64,000 nucleotides of DNA from Clostridia bacterium (GTDB lineage: Bacteria > Bacillota > Clostridia > TANB77 > CAG-508), in assembly GCA_017429505.1 (NCBI GenBank), contig JAFROW010000009.1, positions 103,337 to 167,336 on the forward strand, in the 5' to 3' direction. Numbering within the stretch: the stretch's first letter is position 1; each line of letters starts with the position of its first letter. Made by a program: the position numbers and the translations under genes. Positions 20,501 to 28,525 of this stretch are shown here, one piece after another. The notes beneath the pieces were generated by a model. It was not told the origin of the DNA. It worked only from the letters and a program-made list of their open reading frames with translations, and did not search any database.

Positions 20501-21390
20501 ATATTTATTGTTCCTGGGCATCCGCCATTGTCTCCGCCTTTTCCCCAATCAAGTGAATGAACGAATTTATCCATAAGTCCATAATGTTCATATACTCTAT
20601 GTACAAAGTGTGAACAATCTGATGACCCACCATTTACTAATTTCTGGCCTGAACCTAATTTATATCTTATTTTTCCAATCCATGAACATGCATATTTTAA
20701 TATTTCTTCTACTTGTGTATTGCTTCCTGTTGTTGATGTTGTTGATGTTGTTGAATTAGCAGCAGTAGAATTTTCCCAATCTACAGGATTTGCTTTATAT
20801 CCTTGAGCTATTGCAATCATATGAGGAAAAAACATAATTAAATTTCCGTTTTTATCTACAATGCAATTTTCAATTTCTTTTGTTCCTCTTGTCCAGCCGG
20901 TACCTATTGAATGTTCTTCTACTTTATTTCCTTGATAATCAAATGCCCATACTCTATATTTATCCGAATTCATTTTACTTTGTGGCCTACTATCTGATAA
21001 AAATATAACTTGCCCATCACATGAAATTCCTTGTATATGCGTTATATTTGCACCACTTAAAGTTATTGTTCTTTGTTCTATATATTGATTTTTTGATGCA
21101 TCATATTTCATAAATGTTATTTTTCTATTCCTATATCCTAATAATTCATGTGTAGAAACAGAATAAGCATAGTGTGAAAAATGTTTTGGAACTTTTACAT
21201 AAATTTTGCTTTTATTAAGATTATTAATTGCTAACACTCTAGAACCACTAACTCCAACTATTACCCATTTATTATTACTATCATAAGTCATACCTTCCAT
21301 ATGGCCTACTTCTGAACCAGATAAAACAATACTATAATCTATTTTTTTTGTTTCATAATTAATCCAAATGATTTTGCCTTCTCCGTTCAC
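17572..21390 (-). CDS. Giant multi-domain cell-wall hydrolase: propeller-like N-domain, two NlpC/P60 domains and a tail-lysozyme-like domain
   Basis: There are two NlpC/P60 Cys-His cores (GSSDCSHFVHRVYEHYGL...HNHVYIYLG and GADCSGFCWAILHKLGL...SYHMAIYDG). GAMGNLSYESGG...GIGMCQWT resembles the phage tail lysozyme domain. Ser/Thr-rich linkers separate the domains. The track start is GTG 21390. Confidence 0.8.
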   Translation of the reverse strand: MNGEGKIIWINYETKKIDYSIVLSGSEVGHMEGMTYDSNNKWVIVGVSGSRVLAINNLNKSKIYVKVPKHFSHYAYSVSTHELLGYRNRKITFMKYDASKNQYIEQRTITLSGANITHIQGISCDGQVIFLSDSRPQSKMNSDKYRVWAFDYQGNKVEEHSIGTGWTRGTKEIENCIVDKNGNLIMFFPHMIAIAQGYKANPVDWENSTAANSTTSTTSTTGSNTQVEEILKYACSWIGKIRYKLGSGQKLVNGGSSDCSHFVHRVYEHYGLMDKFVHSLDWGKGGDNGGCPGTINIGTDMSKASPGDVIWEHYGSGSHNHVYIYLGKDKNGKYKKVQCANTNHAQGVYISNVNTKEVDAILHFKVLPTDTDAYFDPDTGILHSSNGSTSTSNNSDYSKSGQAIVDEAEKYVGKLPYVWGGSSLETGADCSGFCWAILHKLGLYSGGRITTFGFETAGKEVSSLSEAQAGDMIVYGPGKGRSYHMAIYDGHGGIIHEADEQEDCKHGSNAAFAKILTIRRFAESSGSSTTESSNDTSTGNKAVFKVKVATWQENTEKVVSTDESENKNDHNYNMSEITIPYQSIVAQYRMPFNYLWAMLIYSNDKSYTFDLADLVRNSQIEITIHDNYNKTKTVTKEERTTDYKYTGQANVKFDYTYNIQYPNNTSTKVKGSNTLQDIIKGTATEKEYYEKTTTIVNKTNTLDIALTLADSWCVKYEKKYKYNEQPNTHDTSTQTDKIQDSDTYSEITSSKLKNNILSKANAKAFEWINSRGTGESVSTSIIHNDNEQQETEYTTNTKTTSTIDTTSSSYTAEPDKEKFYTDEMPKFATVFNKHYNARSNILSAKDWFFEALESNADTANMVDLTKYLIYKSTGTAIDRIKTYNFSVYNPSDFTNIGGTLEGNTTEERVWLALINAGFNDVAAAGAMGNLSYESGGSSTKTIKTDVVEGGFTENNGGIGMCQWTNNNRGSEGRNTQLRKYAQSKGKTWKDEATQIEFLITEITGQGKAKGYASYQFMTKTYNGVTYQSDAVKNVENDQSKIDYATRAFAATFERPSEGAFMSSMLKRIELATYFYNQFKGKRSTSLPTGNLPFNLEHAINVFDGIHARENGNLKWQGEIVHHRGGTLGCYEEAVNIFNGTNYRIYEIYDVLVKAHPELKHSGKEPYKCEDVNYKFNMKVSRAKANITNVKDALKQGKLVQLMVNTNKWRNSRGEWVSWKGTHSGLIFYFDGVHYHMKAAGKINQKNALYTEQQLIEWIGNVGNRLVIYTKIK

Positions 21391-22216
21391 CCCATTTATT
21401 CATCGCACAAATCAAATATTTCCCATCAAAACATCCACTCTGAACTGCTTCATATCTCTTTCCATTTCCTAAATCACCTGTTGTATTAACTACATCTACA
21501 ATATTCTCGACATTTAAAACATTATCATTATATGCTCTTGAGCCAACATTTGCTAATCCGCTTGTATTTGAAGGATCATAAGTTTTTTCTATAGTAAAAT
21601 ATTTCAAAGCTTCATCTCTGTCTTCTGTCTTTCCTGTTTTGTTATATTTATCCATCTTTTTTTGAAACTCAGACGGAGATGTATATGTCATCGTTATTGT
21701 TTTGTTTGAACTAAGTGCTCTCTTAAATTTTACAATTCCTTGCACCTCTGTAGAATCTATACCAATATCATATTTACTCCAATCTATTGGATCATCTGGA
21801 CTTTTACTTGTATCTTGATATCCTCTTGTGTCTGGAAAATCGGTAGCTATTGATGCACTAAATAATTTAGCAAGTTCTTCTGATGAATTTAAATACTTTG
21901 TTAATGTATTACCTTTTTGTTTCAATTCATTCCATAATTCTCTAACTGATTTTTCTGTTCTTAAAACTCCATTTTCATCTATATATATATTATTTATAAA
22001 TTCATTTGCTGCAGCAGGACCATTTTTGGGGTCATTTGGATCTTCAGTTGCATTTTTCTTTTTATTATGATAATCTGACACGGCTAAAATTATTAATACT
22101 AAAATTATTAATAAAAGGATTATTATAAATTTTTTTGTATTATTTACTATTTTAATTTGACTATTAGTTTTTATACGTTCAGAAATTATTTTATTATTTG
22201 ATTCATTTTCTGCCAA
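21359..22216 (-). CDS. TM-anchored protein, probably the N-terminal part of the hydrolase gene downstream
   Basis: TTG start, with an N-terminal TM (FIIILLLIILVLIILAV). Its C-terminus ...AVQSGCFDGKYLICAMN repeats the blade-like motif seen in the next ORF (HIQGISCDGQVIFLSD). It overlaps that ORF by 32 nt in a different frame. Confidence 0.5.
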   Translation of the reverse strand: MAENESNNKIISERIKTNSQIKIVNNTKKFIIILLLIILVLIILAVSDYHNKKKNATEDPNDPKNGPAAANEFINNIYIDENGVLRTEKSVRELWNELKQKGNTLTKYLNSSEELAKLFSASIATDFPDTRGYQDTSKSPDDPIDWSKYDIGIDSTEVQGIVKFKRALSSNKTITMTYTSPSEFQKKMDKYNKTGKTEDRDEALKYFTIEKTYDPSNTSGLANVGSRAYNDNVLNVENIVDVVNTTGDLGNGKRYEAVQSGCFDGKYLICAMNKWGERRRQNHLD

Positions 22217-22234
22217 AATTTATCACCACTTTTC

Positions 22235-23194
22235 TTATAAATCTATATTAATAATTCCATAATTATTATAATTATTTTTATTTTGATATGCCTGATAAGA
22301 CGCATAATTTAAATATATTTTAGGAAAAATCAAATTATTTATTACTTTTGTAGAACTAAAAGGATTATAATATTTTATTTGCAAATTTTTTGTCTGTTGT
22401 CCTATTATAGTCAATTTTTCTTTTGATAATTCTGTTGCTGCTGCATGATATTTTAAATCATTTTTATCAACTAAATAGCTTACATTCTCATCATCATATA
22501 TATCTGCAATTAATATTTCTCTATTAGATTCATTTTTCATTTCAAATGTATATTTTTCATAATCCATATATGCATCTTTTCTTAAAACTTTGATTTGTAA
22601 ATTGCCTGTTTGAGCAGTTTTATTAAGTTCTGTTCTTCCAATATATTTGTTTATATTTAGTTTATAATTATTATCTGAGTCCTTAACTATAGTTATATAA
22701 TCTCTTATATTACTTTCAGTTGAATATACTCCTGTAGAAAGTGCATCTTCGTTGTAATCAACAATATAAATATCTCCATACCAATTCTCTATTTTTGTAG
22801 TTCTTTTCCCATTAGCAAAAATCGGTTTATAATATATCTCTTGAAATCTATTTATATTTTGAAACATTTCTTCTTTGCATTCGATTGCAAGCAAATTATA
22901 TGCCTGTTCTAAATTTCTTGAGTTACAATATGATACAAAATTATCTATTGTATTTATTCCTTCTTTGCTTATATTTATATTTTGTCCAGTTATAGCTGAT
23001 TTTTGGCTAGATAGTGATATTGAATTCAAATTGTTACTTATATCTTCTTGAGTGGCTTGTGGTATGGTTGTTTGTCGATTATCATTCCATATATACATTA
23101 ATCTCCATACTATAAAAAATATACCCACAGCTGTAAGTATTGTTATCCATATTCTTTTTCTATTTTGATTATACCAACTAATAAGATTATACAT
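22235..23194 (-). CDS. Hypothetical membrane-anchored protein
   Basis: It has a single TM (IWITILTAVGIFFIVW). The ATG at 23194 has an AAGGAA RBS. No motif was recognised. Confidence 0.5.
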   Translation of the reverse strand: MYNLISWYNQNRKRIWITILTAVGIFFIVWRLMYIWNDNRQTTIPQATQEDISNNLNSISLSSQKSAITGQNINISKEGINTIDNFVSYCNSRNLEQAYNLLAIECKEEMFQNINRFQEIYYKPIFANGKRTTKIENWYGDIYIVDYNEDALSTGVYSTESNIRDYITIVKDSDNNYKLNINKYIGRTELNKTAQTGNLQIKVLRKDAYMDYEKYTFEMKNESNREILIADIYDDENVSYLVDKNDLKYHAAATELSKEKLTIIGQQTKNLQIKYYNPFSSTKVINNLIFPKIYLNYASYQAYQNKNNYNNYGIINIDL

Positions 23195-23329
23195 AATTTT
23201 GTTCCTTTCATAATTATACAATATCTTTATTTTATTATAATATATTTAAGAAAGGTTTTCAATATTTTTCGACAAAAATTCACACAAAATAAATTAAATC
23301 GTGCACAATTTAATTGCGCACGATTTATT

Positions 23330-24484
23330 CTATTTTCCACTATCTATTTTTATTTCTAAAAGTTTGTCTTTAAGTTCACCTTCAATTTGTTCTAATTGTT
23401 TTTCAGCTTCTTGTCTCTTAATTCTACCATTTTGGTGAATTTCGATAACTTTATCAAGAGTTTCAATAATATCTTGATTTGTTTTTTGTAAAGTTTCAAC
23501 ATCTATAATTGCTCTTTCAGATTCTTCTGCAATTTCGATTGTTCCTTGCTTTAATGTTTCACTGTTCTTTTGAAGCATTTCGTTTGTTAAATCTGTAACA
23601 GCTTTTTGAGCTCCAAGTGCTGATTTAGCATGTGTAATTCCAAGAGCAATAACTATTTGGTTTTTCCAAAGTGGAATTGTGTTAATTAATGAACTTTGAA
23701 TTTTTTCTACTAATTCGCTGTCATTGTTTTGTATTAGTCTGATTTGTGGTGCCATTTGAATTGAAATCATTCTTGTTGTTTTTAAGTCATAAATTTTCTT
23801 TTCAAATCTATTTATCATATTTTCCATATCATGTACTGCTTGTACATCTGTTTGATCTCCACTTTCTTTAGCTTTCGCTTGCATTTCTGGAAGTGTTACT
23901 TCTCTTAGTTCTTTTAATTTCTTTTCTCCTGCAATAATATAAAGCGAAAGTTGTTTGAAATATTCCAAGTTTTTGTCATACATTGTGTCAAAAACCGCAA
24001 TATCTTTAAGCATTTGAAGTTTGTGGTCTTCTAGTTGTTTTTCTATTCTGTTAATATTTGTTTCAACTTTACTATATTTGTTAATTAATTTTTCTAGTTG
24101 TTTTTTGGCTGAATTAAATATTTTTGCTAATCCTTTAACCTCTCCTTGTGGAATATCTGTGTCAAATTCTTTTATTTCTGCAACAAGACCTGCTAGTAAA
24201 TCTCCTACTTCTCCTGTACTTCTTGTTTTAACATCTTCTAAAACACTATCTGAGAATTTTGAAATATTATTTTGTGCAGATGCACCATATTGTAAAATTT
24301 GTGTTGTATTTTTTGGATCAATTTTTGTAATAAATTCATCAATCGCTTTCTTTTCTTCATCTGTTAAAGCATCATAATTTAAAGATTTTTCAACCACTTC
24401 TTCAGAAACTTTTTTCTCTTGTAACAAAGTATCTTCTACTTTGCTCATATCAATATTTTTAGTTTCAACTTTTAATTCTTCCAT
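23330..24484 (-). CDS. telA: TelA/YaaN family toxic anion resistance protein
   Basis: The protein is long and coiled-coil. Its N-terminal block LTDEEKKAIDEFITKIDPKNTTQILQYGASAQNNISKFSDSVLEDVKTRSTGEVGDLL is typical of TelA/YaaN as I remember it. An XpaC-like gene lies in the same operon. Confidence 0.8.
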   Translation of the reverse strand: MEELKVETKNIDMSKVEDTLLQEKKVSEEVVEKSLNYDALTDEEKKAIDEFITKIDPKNTTQILQYGASAQNNISKFSDSVLEDVKTRSTGEVGDLLAGLVAEIKEFDTDIPQGEVKGLAKIFNSAKKQLEKLINKYSKVETNINRIEKQLEDHKLQMLKDIAVFDTMYDKNLEYFKQLSLYIIAGEKKLKELREVTLPEMQAKAKESGDQTDVQAVHDMENMINRFEKKIYDLKTTRMISIQMAPQIRLIQNNDSELVEKIQSSLINTIPLWKNQIVIALGITHAKSALGAQKAVTDLTNEMLQKNSETLKQGTIEIAEESERAIIDVETLQKTNQDIIETLDKVIEIHQNGRIKRQEAEKQLEQIEGELKDKLLEIKIDSGK

Positions 24485-24504
24485 AATTTAACTCCTATCT
24501 TTAT

Positions 24505-24708
24505 TTATCTATCTAAGTCATTTTCATATTTACCTTCTTGTCTTTCTATTTCGTATTGTCTGTCTCTTTCTCTTTGTTGTCTTTTTTCTTCTTGTCTTTC
24601 TATTTCGTATTGTCTGTCTCTTTCTCTTTGTTGTCTTTTTTCTTCTTGTCTTTCTATGTCCTCTTGTCTATATCTTTCTTCTTGTTGTCTTCTTTCTTCA
24701 TAGTCCAT
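24505..24708 (-). CDS. 67-aa highly charged tandem-repeat protein (ERQEEKRQQRERDRQYEI units)
   Basis: A strong AGGAGG RBS lies 7 nt upstream of the ATG at 24708. The gene is built from three 54-nt repeat units and sits between two operon genes. Confidence 0.6.
   Translation of the reverse strand: MDYEERRQQEERYRQEDIERQEEKRQQRERDRQYEIERQEEKRQQRERDRQYEIERQEGKYENDLDR
24537..24698. repeat. Tandem repeat, 3 x 54 nt (third unit diverged), coding
   Basis: Units at 24537-24590 and 24591-24644 are identical, and 24645-24698 is diverged. The period is a multiple of 3, inside the 67-aa ORF. Confidence 0.85.
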
Positions 24709-24731
24709 AAATATCGCCTCCTATTTCTAAA

Positions 24732-25937
24732 TTACTTTCCTAAATACTCAATCATCTTCTCATAAAAAGCCATTTTTAAAGATGATACTGTACTATCTAT
24801 ACTTTGTGGAATTCCTTTAATATTTACTGCTGAAACATCATAATTTCCACCTGTTACACCTGTTCTAAATCCATATTTAGACCAAGCAATTTGTCCAATA
24901 TCTTTATCATTTAAAGCATTATAGAATTCATTTCCTGTTTCGTTAAAAGTCGCTACACAGTGTGAATTCCAAATTGTTGGTGTTGGATAAAGAATTCTTA
25001 TTTTGTCTTTAACTTGATTCCATCCATCAGGATTTGCATTTGCAAAATCTATTGCACTTTTTTCGTAATCTACAACCATAGGTTTTCCACCTACTCCTGT
25101 TTTTAGATAAAGTTCAAATAAATCTGCAGGAGTATTGTTCATATATCCTGATTTAACATAGAATTCTTTTAAGTTCTTTAAGTTTGCTTCGAAATTTTCC
25201 TCTGTAACAGTTCCTCCACACATTATAGATAGTAATAGTCCATAATATGTAGCTCCTGGTGAAGAAGTAACAGGATCTGTAGAGTCTATATTTATTGAAC
25301 CATAAAGCATATCTAATCCTATATCTTTCCACTTCTTACCTTGTAAAATATATGTTATAAGTTTATTCATATCTGTTATGTAATAAGTTCCGTTTTTTTC
25401 TGTTACAATTTTTTCTTTGATTAAAGCATCTGTAACTGTATCCCAACTATAGATTACTATTGGAGTATTTAAAGTAAGTCCTCCATTTAAAACTCTTTCT
25501 CTTGCAGACTCTCCTTGAGCAGGAGTTACTTTAAAATAATCATAAAATCTTTGGTCTGATGTAAATAACGCATCATATTTTGAAACTCCTGATGAAGTTA
25601 CACTATATGCAAAATGATTTTTACTTAGTTCATCTGCTATTGACTTATTTCCTTTTCCAACAGATTCACGAACTAATGGCCATAAAACTGTTTTACCATT
25701 GCTCCAATTGTCGTAAATTACATTCATTTTGTATTTTTCATGCATTATTTTATTAACATCTTCATCTGCTATAAAGTTTTCTTTTCCACCACCTGTTGCA
25801 ACATAAACTTGAGTTAAATTACTATAATCCTTTTCTTCTCCATTGTTTTTATCTGTAAATGTTTTTATTCCTATAATTGCGCCTATTAGAACTATTAAAA
25901 TTCCAAGTCCTATAAAAATTTCTTTTTTTGCTTTCAA
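24732..25937 (-). CDS. Membrane-anchored extracytoplasmic protein of the TelA cluster (possible solute-binding-like fold)
   Basis: TTG start with an AGGAGG RBS, then an N-terminal TM (IFIGLGILIVLIGAIIGI). I recognised no specific motif. The call rests on operon context only. Confidence 0.45.
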   Translation of the reverse strand: MKAKKEIFIGLGILIVLIGAIIGIKTFTDKNNGEEKDYSNLTQVYVATGGGKENFIADEDVNKIMHEKYKMNVIYDNWSNGKTVLWPLVRESVGKGNKSIADELSKNHFAYSVTSSGVSKYDALFTSDQRFYDYFKVTPAQGESARERVLNGGLTLNTPIVIYSWDTVTDALIKEKIVTEKNGTYYITDMNKLITYILQGKKWKDIGLDMLYGSINIDSTDPVTSSPGATYYGLLLSIMCGGTVTEENFEANLKNLKEFYVKSGYMNNTPADLFELYLKTGVGGKPMVVDYEKSAIDFANANPDGWNQVKDKIRILYPTPTIWNSHCVATFNETGNEFYNALNDKDIGQIAWSKYGFRTGVTGGNYDVSAVNIKGIPQSIDSTVSSLKMAFYEKMIEYLGK

Positions 25938-25940
25938 GTT

Positions 25941-26570
25941 TTACACCTCCTTATTTTTATCTATATCAAAATCAATATTATCTATAAATCCATCAGATTT
26001 AAGCATAGATTCAAACACTTTTAATTCCGCATCTGTATCTATCATTTCTGTTTGATAAATGTTGCTAAGTTGTTCTTCAAATGCTTTTTTTATTTTAGCA
26101 ATCATTTCTTCAACAGATCCCATAAATTTTTGGGTTTCGGTGGTATTTAATTTTTGATTTTCTATTTCATCATATCTTTCTAGAATCTTTTTAGTAACTG
26201 GCAAATAATAGCTTAAGAAATTCCTTATCTTCTTTATTTTTTCAGGTTTTTCTATAACTGTATCTATTATTTTGTCAGATGTATTGCAGATTTCTTTTGT
26301 ATTTTTAACTATATCACTGCTTTCTAGTTTTGCGGATATTTCTCTTATCTCTTTTACCATGGTTTGAGCCTTTTTTAGGTCTTCTTTATCATTAAAAGAT
26401 ATATCATCTGATAAATCTATTTTTGTTCTATCTTTAAATAATAAATTTCCAGCTCCATAAGCTGCAACTCCAATAGCCGCAGCAGGAAGAGCACCTATAC
26501 CTAAAGCTAAATATGGCACTGCGAAAAATGTTCCACCTAAAATACAAGAATATATGTATCGCTTTTTCAA
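25941..26570 (-). CDS. xpaC: XpaC-like (5-bromo-4-chloroindolyl phosphate hydrolysis family) membrane protein
   Basis: Two N-terminal Gly/Ala-rich TM helices (ILGGTFFAVPYLALGIGALPAAAIGVAAYGAGNLLF) are followed by a helical cytoplasmic domain. This is the XpaC layout, and the pairing with telA/yaaN matches B. subtilis. Confidence 0.65.
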   Translation of the reverse strand: MKKRYIYSCILGGTFFAVPYLALGIGALPAAAIGVAAYGAGNLLFKDRTKIDLSDDISFNDKEDLKKAQTMVKEIREISAKLESSDIVKNTKEICNTSDKIIDTVIEKPEKIKKIRNFLSYYLPVTKKILERYDEIENQKLNTTETQKFMGSVEEMIAKIKKAFEEQLSNIYQTEMIDTDAELKVFESMLKSDGFIDNIDFDIDKNKEV

Positions 26571-26644
26571 TGATATTTCCTCCTCGCCGTTATACTTTTT
26601 TAGTCTATTTGAGCTTTTTATTCTGCCTTATTTTATATTTTGTT

Positions 26645-28258
26645 TTAGTTGTATCCTCTAACTTGCTTAAATGCCTCTAATAAATTTGTTCTTCCGTCGA
26701 AAACCTTGGCATTTGTAAATTCTGCAATCCCTTCTAATTGATATGATGAAGCATCTCCAAACATAATACTATAAATAGGAATATCTTTATTAACATTTCT
26801 ATATGCAGATTGTAATTGTGCTAAAGATCCACTATTTGAAGCTCCATCTGTCATTAATATAATAGATGTATTGTATTTATTAGTATCTTCTTTTTTTAGA
26901 ATATCTAAACCTGTTTGTGAAGCAAGATAAATATTAGTTTGACCTGTTGGACTCAAATCTTTTATAGATTTTATAAGCTTAGATGTATTTGTTCCATTAT
27001 CTGTATGCCATTTAGCTAAAATACTCCCACTAAAAGGTACAACAGAAATTTTATCTTTCTCTGAAAATTGTAATAAATTTTTAGAAGCTTTATTCTCATC
27101 TAAAATATAATCCATGGCTTCTACAAGTTGCTTATTTCCATCTCCATACATACTTCCTGAATAATCTAAGCAAAATACTGCATGAATTGGTTTTCTAAGT
27201 TCTGTTTGATAAATTCCTAGAGCTGTTTTGATTACAGCTGTACTTGGATATTTTACAGGAACAATGTATTTTGTTGTATCTATTCCCCAATTTGGATTAA
27301 ATACTGATTTATCTGCATTTTCGTTAGTTCCTCCATACCAAACTCTTCTTCCTGTTTTTACAAGCTCTTGTTGTCCTTCATTACTTAAAATATAAGATTG
27401 AATTTTTGTAAATTGCTCTAATTTAGAGTCATCTGAGTTATCTATATATGCAAATGGTGAATCTGAAATTGAAACTCCGTCTTTTGCATATAAAATATAA
27501 AGTGGTTCTTTTCCTTGTGCTTCAAGCTTTTTATTAATATTTATGATTGATGTCTCATAAGTTACAACTGCTTCGTAATCTCCTTTTAGAAACATTTCCT
27601 CTAAGAACTCGTCACTTCCTGATGAACGTGTAACCCCTGAAAATAGCTCTTTTAGGTTGTTTTTTAACTTATCACTTTTCAGATCTTCTTCTTTTAAAAT
27701 CTCGGGATTTCCTGCAAGTGTAGATACAAAGCCTAAATATGCAGTGGCTCCGGTATTTGTCTGTGTTGCAGATGACATACTAAATTTTAATTTATTAGAC
27801 TTTATTGCTGAAAGGATATCTTTAGTGTAAATGTCTTTTCCAATAAAACCTAATTCTTGAGCTTTTGACTTTTTAATTCCGAAAACAACAGGATTTATGC
27901 TTGTTGATTTGGAATTTTTAACCTTTGAGCTATTGTTTAACATATATAGCCAGATAGAATTTGAAGTCCAAACTGCATCAAATTGTTCATTGTTATTAAG
28001 CCTATCCATTATATCTATTGTACCAGCATATTCAATGCCCAAATCTATATCATTCTTTCTTGCGTAAGCTTGAATTATAGGTTCTAGATCTTTGTTCTCA
28101 GTACTAGAAATAATTCTAAACTCACTTGATGAGTAATTTGATGCATTTTTTATAGAATTTACAACATCATCCATTTTATCTTCCATAGCAATTCCAACTA
28201 TAAAAATAAATGCTATAAAAACTATTATTGCAATTATCGCACCTTTATTCTTTTCCAT
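26645..28258 (-). CDS. Membrane-anchored fusion of a periplasmic-binding-like domain and a vWA domain
   Basis: The C-terminal vWA has the MIDAS motif VFCLDYSGSMYGDG, followed by IILMTDGASNSG. There is an N-terminal TM. I preferred the ATG at 28258 (MEKNKG) over the GTG at 28285. Confidence 0.75.
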   Translation of the reverse strand: MEKNKGAIIAIIVFIAFIFIVGIAMEDKMDDVVNSIKNASNYSSSEFRIISSTENKDLEPIIQAYARKNDIDLGIEYAGTIDIMDRLNNNEQFDAVWTSNSIWLYMLNNSSKVKNSKSTSINPVVFGIKKSKAQELGFIGKDIYTKDILSAIKSNKLKFSMSSATQTNTGATAYLGFVSTLAGNPEILKEEDLKSDKLKNNLKELFSGVTRSSGSDEFLEEMFLKGDYEAVVTYETSIININKKLEAQGKEPLYILYAKDGVSISDSPFAYIDNSDDSKLEQFTKIQSYILSNEGQQELVKTGRRVWYGGTNENADKSVFNPNWGIDTTKYIVPVKYPSTAVIKTALGIYQTELRKPIHAVFCLDYSGSMYGDGNKQLVEAMDYILDENKASKNLLQFSEKDKISVVPFSGSILAKWHTDNGTNTSKLIKSIKDLSPTGQTNIYLASQTGLDILKKEDTNKYNTSIILMTDGASNSGSLAQLQSAYRNVNKDIPIYSIMFGDASSYQLEGIAEFTNAKVFDGRTNLLEAFKQVRGYN

Positions 28259-28485
28259 CTTTTCTACTTTCTCCCCCTTTCGCACTTATTATATCATTAT
28301 AGTTTTTTAATTTCAATTGTTTTTTGTTATTTTTTTAGGTTACTTTTTACAAATAGCTTTTAAGTTTACAAATAGAATTTACTTTTTTAATTGACCGGTT
28401 ACTTTTTACTATTTGTTACAATTCACAGCTGAATAAACAAATGTAATAAAAATGATATATGAAATTATTTTATATAACAGAAAAG

Positions 28486-28525
28486 TTGGCATAACTTTCC
28501 TAGAAAATTGGCATAACTTTCCTAG
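28486..28525. repeat. Two 18-bp direct repeats (TTGGCATAACTTTCCTAG) spaced 22 nt start to start
   Basis: The copies at 28486-28503 and 28508-28525 are exact. They lie in a 630-bp gene-free region upstream of the vWA/TelA cluster. Confidence 0.7.

Noticed and set aside
17572-23221. Prophage remnant suggested by the tail-lysozyme-like domain
   Set aside because: There are no capsid, portal, terminase, tail tube, integrase or repressor genes in the neighbourhood. The flanking genes are membrane-anchored hypotheticals and core genes.
24021-24377. 118-aa plus-strand ORF inside telA, and 24538-24765 inside the repeat peptide gene
   Set aside because: Both are antisense shadows. The second is simply the complement of the 54-nt tandem repeat.
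24537-24698. Tandem repeats considered as a possible CRISPR-like or noncoding array
   Set aside because: The units are directly adjacent with no spacers. The period is 54 nt (18 codons), and they lie inside an ORF with a strong RBS, so they are coding repeats.
23330-28285. vWA + TelA cluster considered as a TerY-P-type defence system
   Set aside because: No protein kinase or PP2C phosphatase gene is present. The vWA proteins are membrane-anchored ectodomain proteins, so the architecture differs.
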